A stretch of 46,228 bases of DNA. It comes from a virus (taxonomy: Duplodnaviria; Caudoviricetes). The translations under genes were made by a program, and so were the position numbers. The first letter of the stretch is position 1, and each line of letters begins with the position of its first letter. Below are positions 44,787-46,228 of the stretch, piece by piece. The DNA is taken from the IMG/VR virus record IMGVR_UViG_3300017754_002866, positions 1 to 46,228 of that record. The stretch is one strand, 5' to 3'. Below the pieces are notes generated by a model. That model was given only the letters and a program-made list of their open reading frames with translations. It was not told where the DNA came from and ran no database searches.

Positions 44787-45560
44787 ATGAACTATTCTCA
44801 AGAAATTAATGACTCACGCTACATTGAACGTGATGGGCGTATGTATCGCATTACGCCTAATGGTGAACAGCAAATCTGTAACGCCATAATTGACCGTAAT
44901 GGTGAGAAGGTTCGCTGTAAGGCTATTGCAATATCCGGTCAGGATTTCTGCTTCCACCATGGCACTGAACTAATTAAGCGTAATGAGAAACCACAGTTCC
45001 TTGCTCACGCTTACAAAGTAAACCGCCGTCGATTTTCCAAGGCTGGTAAAGATTTACTTGAGAAGGTCGATGCTCACCGTGAAGACCCAGAGTTGTTCAG
45101 CCTTCGAGATGACACAGCGTATATAACCGCCCTGGTAGACGTAAGAGCTGAAGCTGCTGGTGAAGGTGTCAGTATTGATCAATACCGCAAGGTAGAAGCG
45201 GCGTACAACCTAGCTAGATCCAAGCTAGGGTCTCCAGATTTCATTGACGCTTTTGAGCAGATTGGCGACTTACTGAAAGAGCGTCTCGATGAGTATGCGG
45301 CATCTAAGGACGTACTGGAATTAATATCTCGTCGTGCAGACCTAGTCGAAGCAGAACAACGCATGATGCAGACAAAGTCGTATACACTCGAAGCAGACCA
45401 GGCATTTATGTTGATCATGCAAATTGTAGAGGTAGTCAAGCAAAGCGTACGCGATGCTGATGAACTGACTGCAATCAAGACAGGTATCAATAAACTACTG
45501 CGTCAACATAAACAAGAAGTTGATGACCCTGTAGAGGATGCGGTGGTAGTAGATGGCTAA
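44787..45560 (+). CDS. Putative terminase small subunit
   Basis: CNA...RCKAIAISGQDFCFHHG (HGGxSTG-like Zn finger) followed by a helical region; directly upstream of and overlapping terL. Confidence 0.65.
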   Translation: MNYSQEINDSRYIERDGRMYRITPNGEQQICNAIIDRNGEKVRCKAIAISGQDFCFHHGTELIKRNEKPQFLAHAYKVNRRRFSKAGKDLLEKVDAHREDPELFSLRDDTAYITALVDVRAEAAGEGVSIDQYRKVEAAYNLARSKLGSPDFIDAFEQIGDLLKERLDEYAASKDVLELISRRADLVEAEQRMMQTKSYTLEADQAFMLIMQIVEVVKQSVRDADELTAIKTGINKLLRQHKQEVDDPVEDAVVVDG

Positions 45561-46228
45561 CCAAGTTAAGAAGAACACACCTAAGGAATTCAGGCACCTG
45601 ACACGAGCGGATAAACCGCTATCTGTAGCGTTGCTTGAAGCTTTAGAAGATCAGATCGGATTGGTAATCGAAACTGGAGACTATGACTCCGGGAAGGCGT
45701 TCGCTATCGACGGAGCATCTCTTGACTATAAACATTGGTTGAAGACATTCGCCCCACACGCTATCAGTAGCGAATTGGGCGCTCATCACATTCGAGCATG
45801 GGAATGGGCAGAAAATATTACTGCTGGATCTCCACCTCCGGCATTGATTGAATGCTGGTTCCGTGGCGGTGGTAAATCCACGACAATGGAACACATCGCA
45901 GCTCGCATTGCCGTCAAGGGTTCACGTCGATTCCTTTTGTACGTGTGCTCTACACAGGAAGCTGCTGACCGCCACGTATCTGACATTGCTCACACGATGG
46001 AGCGTTGCGGTATTGAAAGGGCTTTGAACCGCTATGGATTCTCCAAGGGATGGAATGCGTCCAAACTTAGAACAGCTAACGGGTTCAACGTATTGGCGTT
46101 TGGCCTTGACACTGGTGCACGCGGTGTCAAGCTTGATCACCTACGTCCTGATTTCATTATACTTGATGACATTGACGAGCTTGATGATAGCGTTAATCGC
46201 GTTGAAAAGAAGATAGCGACTATCACTC
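45553..46228 (+). CDS. terL: Terminase large subunit, ATPase part (3'-truncated by window edge; not in ORF track)
   Basis: Hand translation gives Walker A WFRGGGKST, then ARGVKLDHLRPDFIILDDID (Walker B). Confidence 0.9.
   Translation, partial: MANQVKKNTPKEFRHLTRADKPLSVALLEALEDQIGLVIETGDYDSGKAFAIDGASLDYKHWLKTFAPHAISSELGAHHIRAWEWAENITAGSPPPALIECWFRGGGKSTTMEHIAARIAVKGSRRFLLYVCSTQEAADRHVSDIAHTMERCGIERALNRYGFSKGWNASKLRTANGFNVLAFGLDTGARGVKLDHLRPDFIILDDIDELDDSVNRVEKKIATIT

Noticed and set aside
1-46228. Stop-codon reassignment or diversity-generating retroelement
   Set aside because: Genes are intact under the standard code and end in TAA, TAG and TGA. No reverse transcriptase or template/variable repeat pair was seen.

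Overview
This window is a 46 kb segment of a tailed dsDNA bacteriophage with podovirus-like architecture; no integrase, tRNA, rRNA or CRISPR array is visible. From left to right it contains: (i) the end of a virion module (tail-tubular/DNA-stabilisation-like protein, two Gly/Ala/Gln-rich ejection-type proteins, a 4550-aa giant protein) and a CHAP endolysin; (ii) a leftward replication/recombination operon (LuxR-HTH, DnaB, helicase loader, HTH initiator with internal iterons, LmbU-like regulator, Gam, Rad52/Sak-like annealase, VRR-NUC) plus small orphan genes; (iii) a ~3.5 kb divergent, gene-poor control region with repeats and hairpins; (iv) a mostly rightward accessory region (two Tad2/DUF2829-like genes, dUTPase, thermonuclease, 3D-domain protein, SSB, Mom-like XF1762 protein, ThyX, a multi-TRD C5 DNA methyltransferase with a nested out-of-frame ORF); and (v) late genes ending in terminase small and a truncated terminase large subunit. 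The strongest candidate for a new system is the giant, probably ejected protein, which embeds a near-complete C5 cytosine DNA methyltransferase plus a zincin HExxH module. Possibly related are a GATC-depleted, GNA-hairpin-rich putative leading end and three candidate stand-alone small RNAs. All family assignments come from motif recognition by eye, not from database searches.
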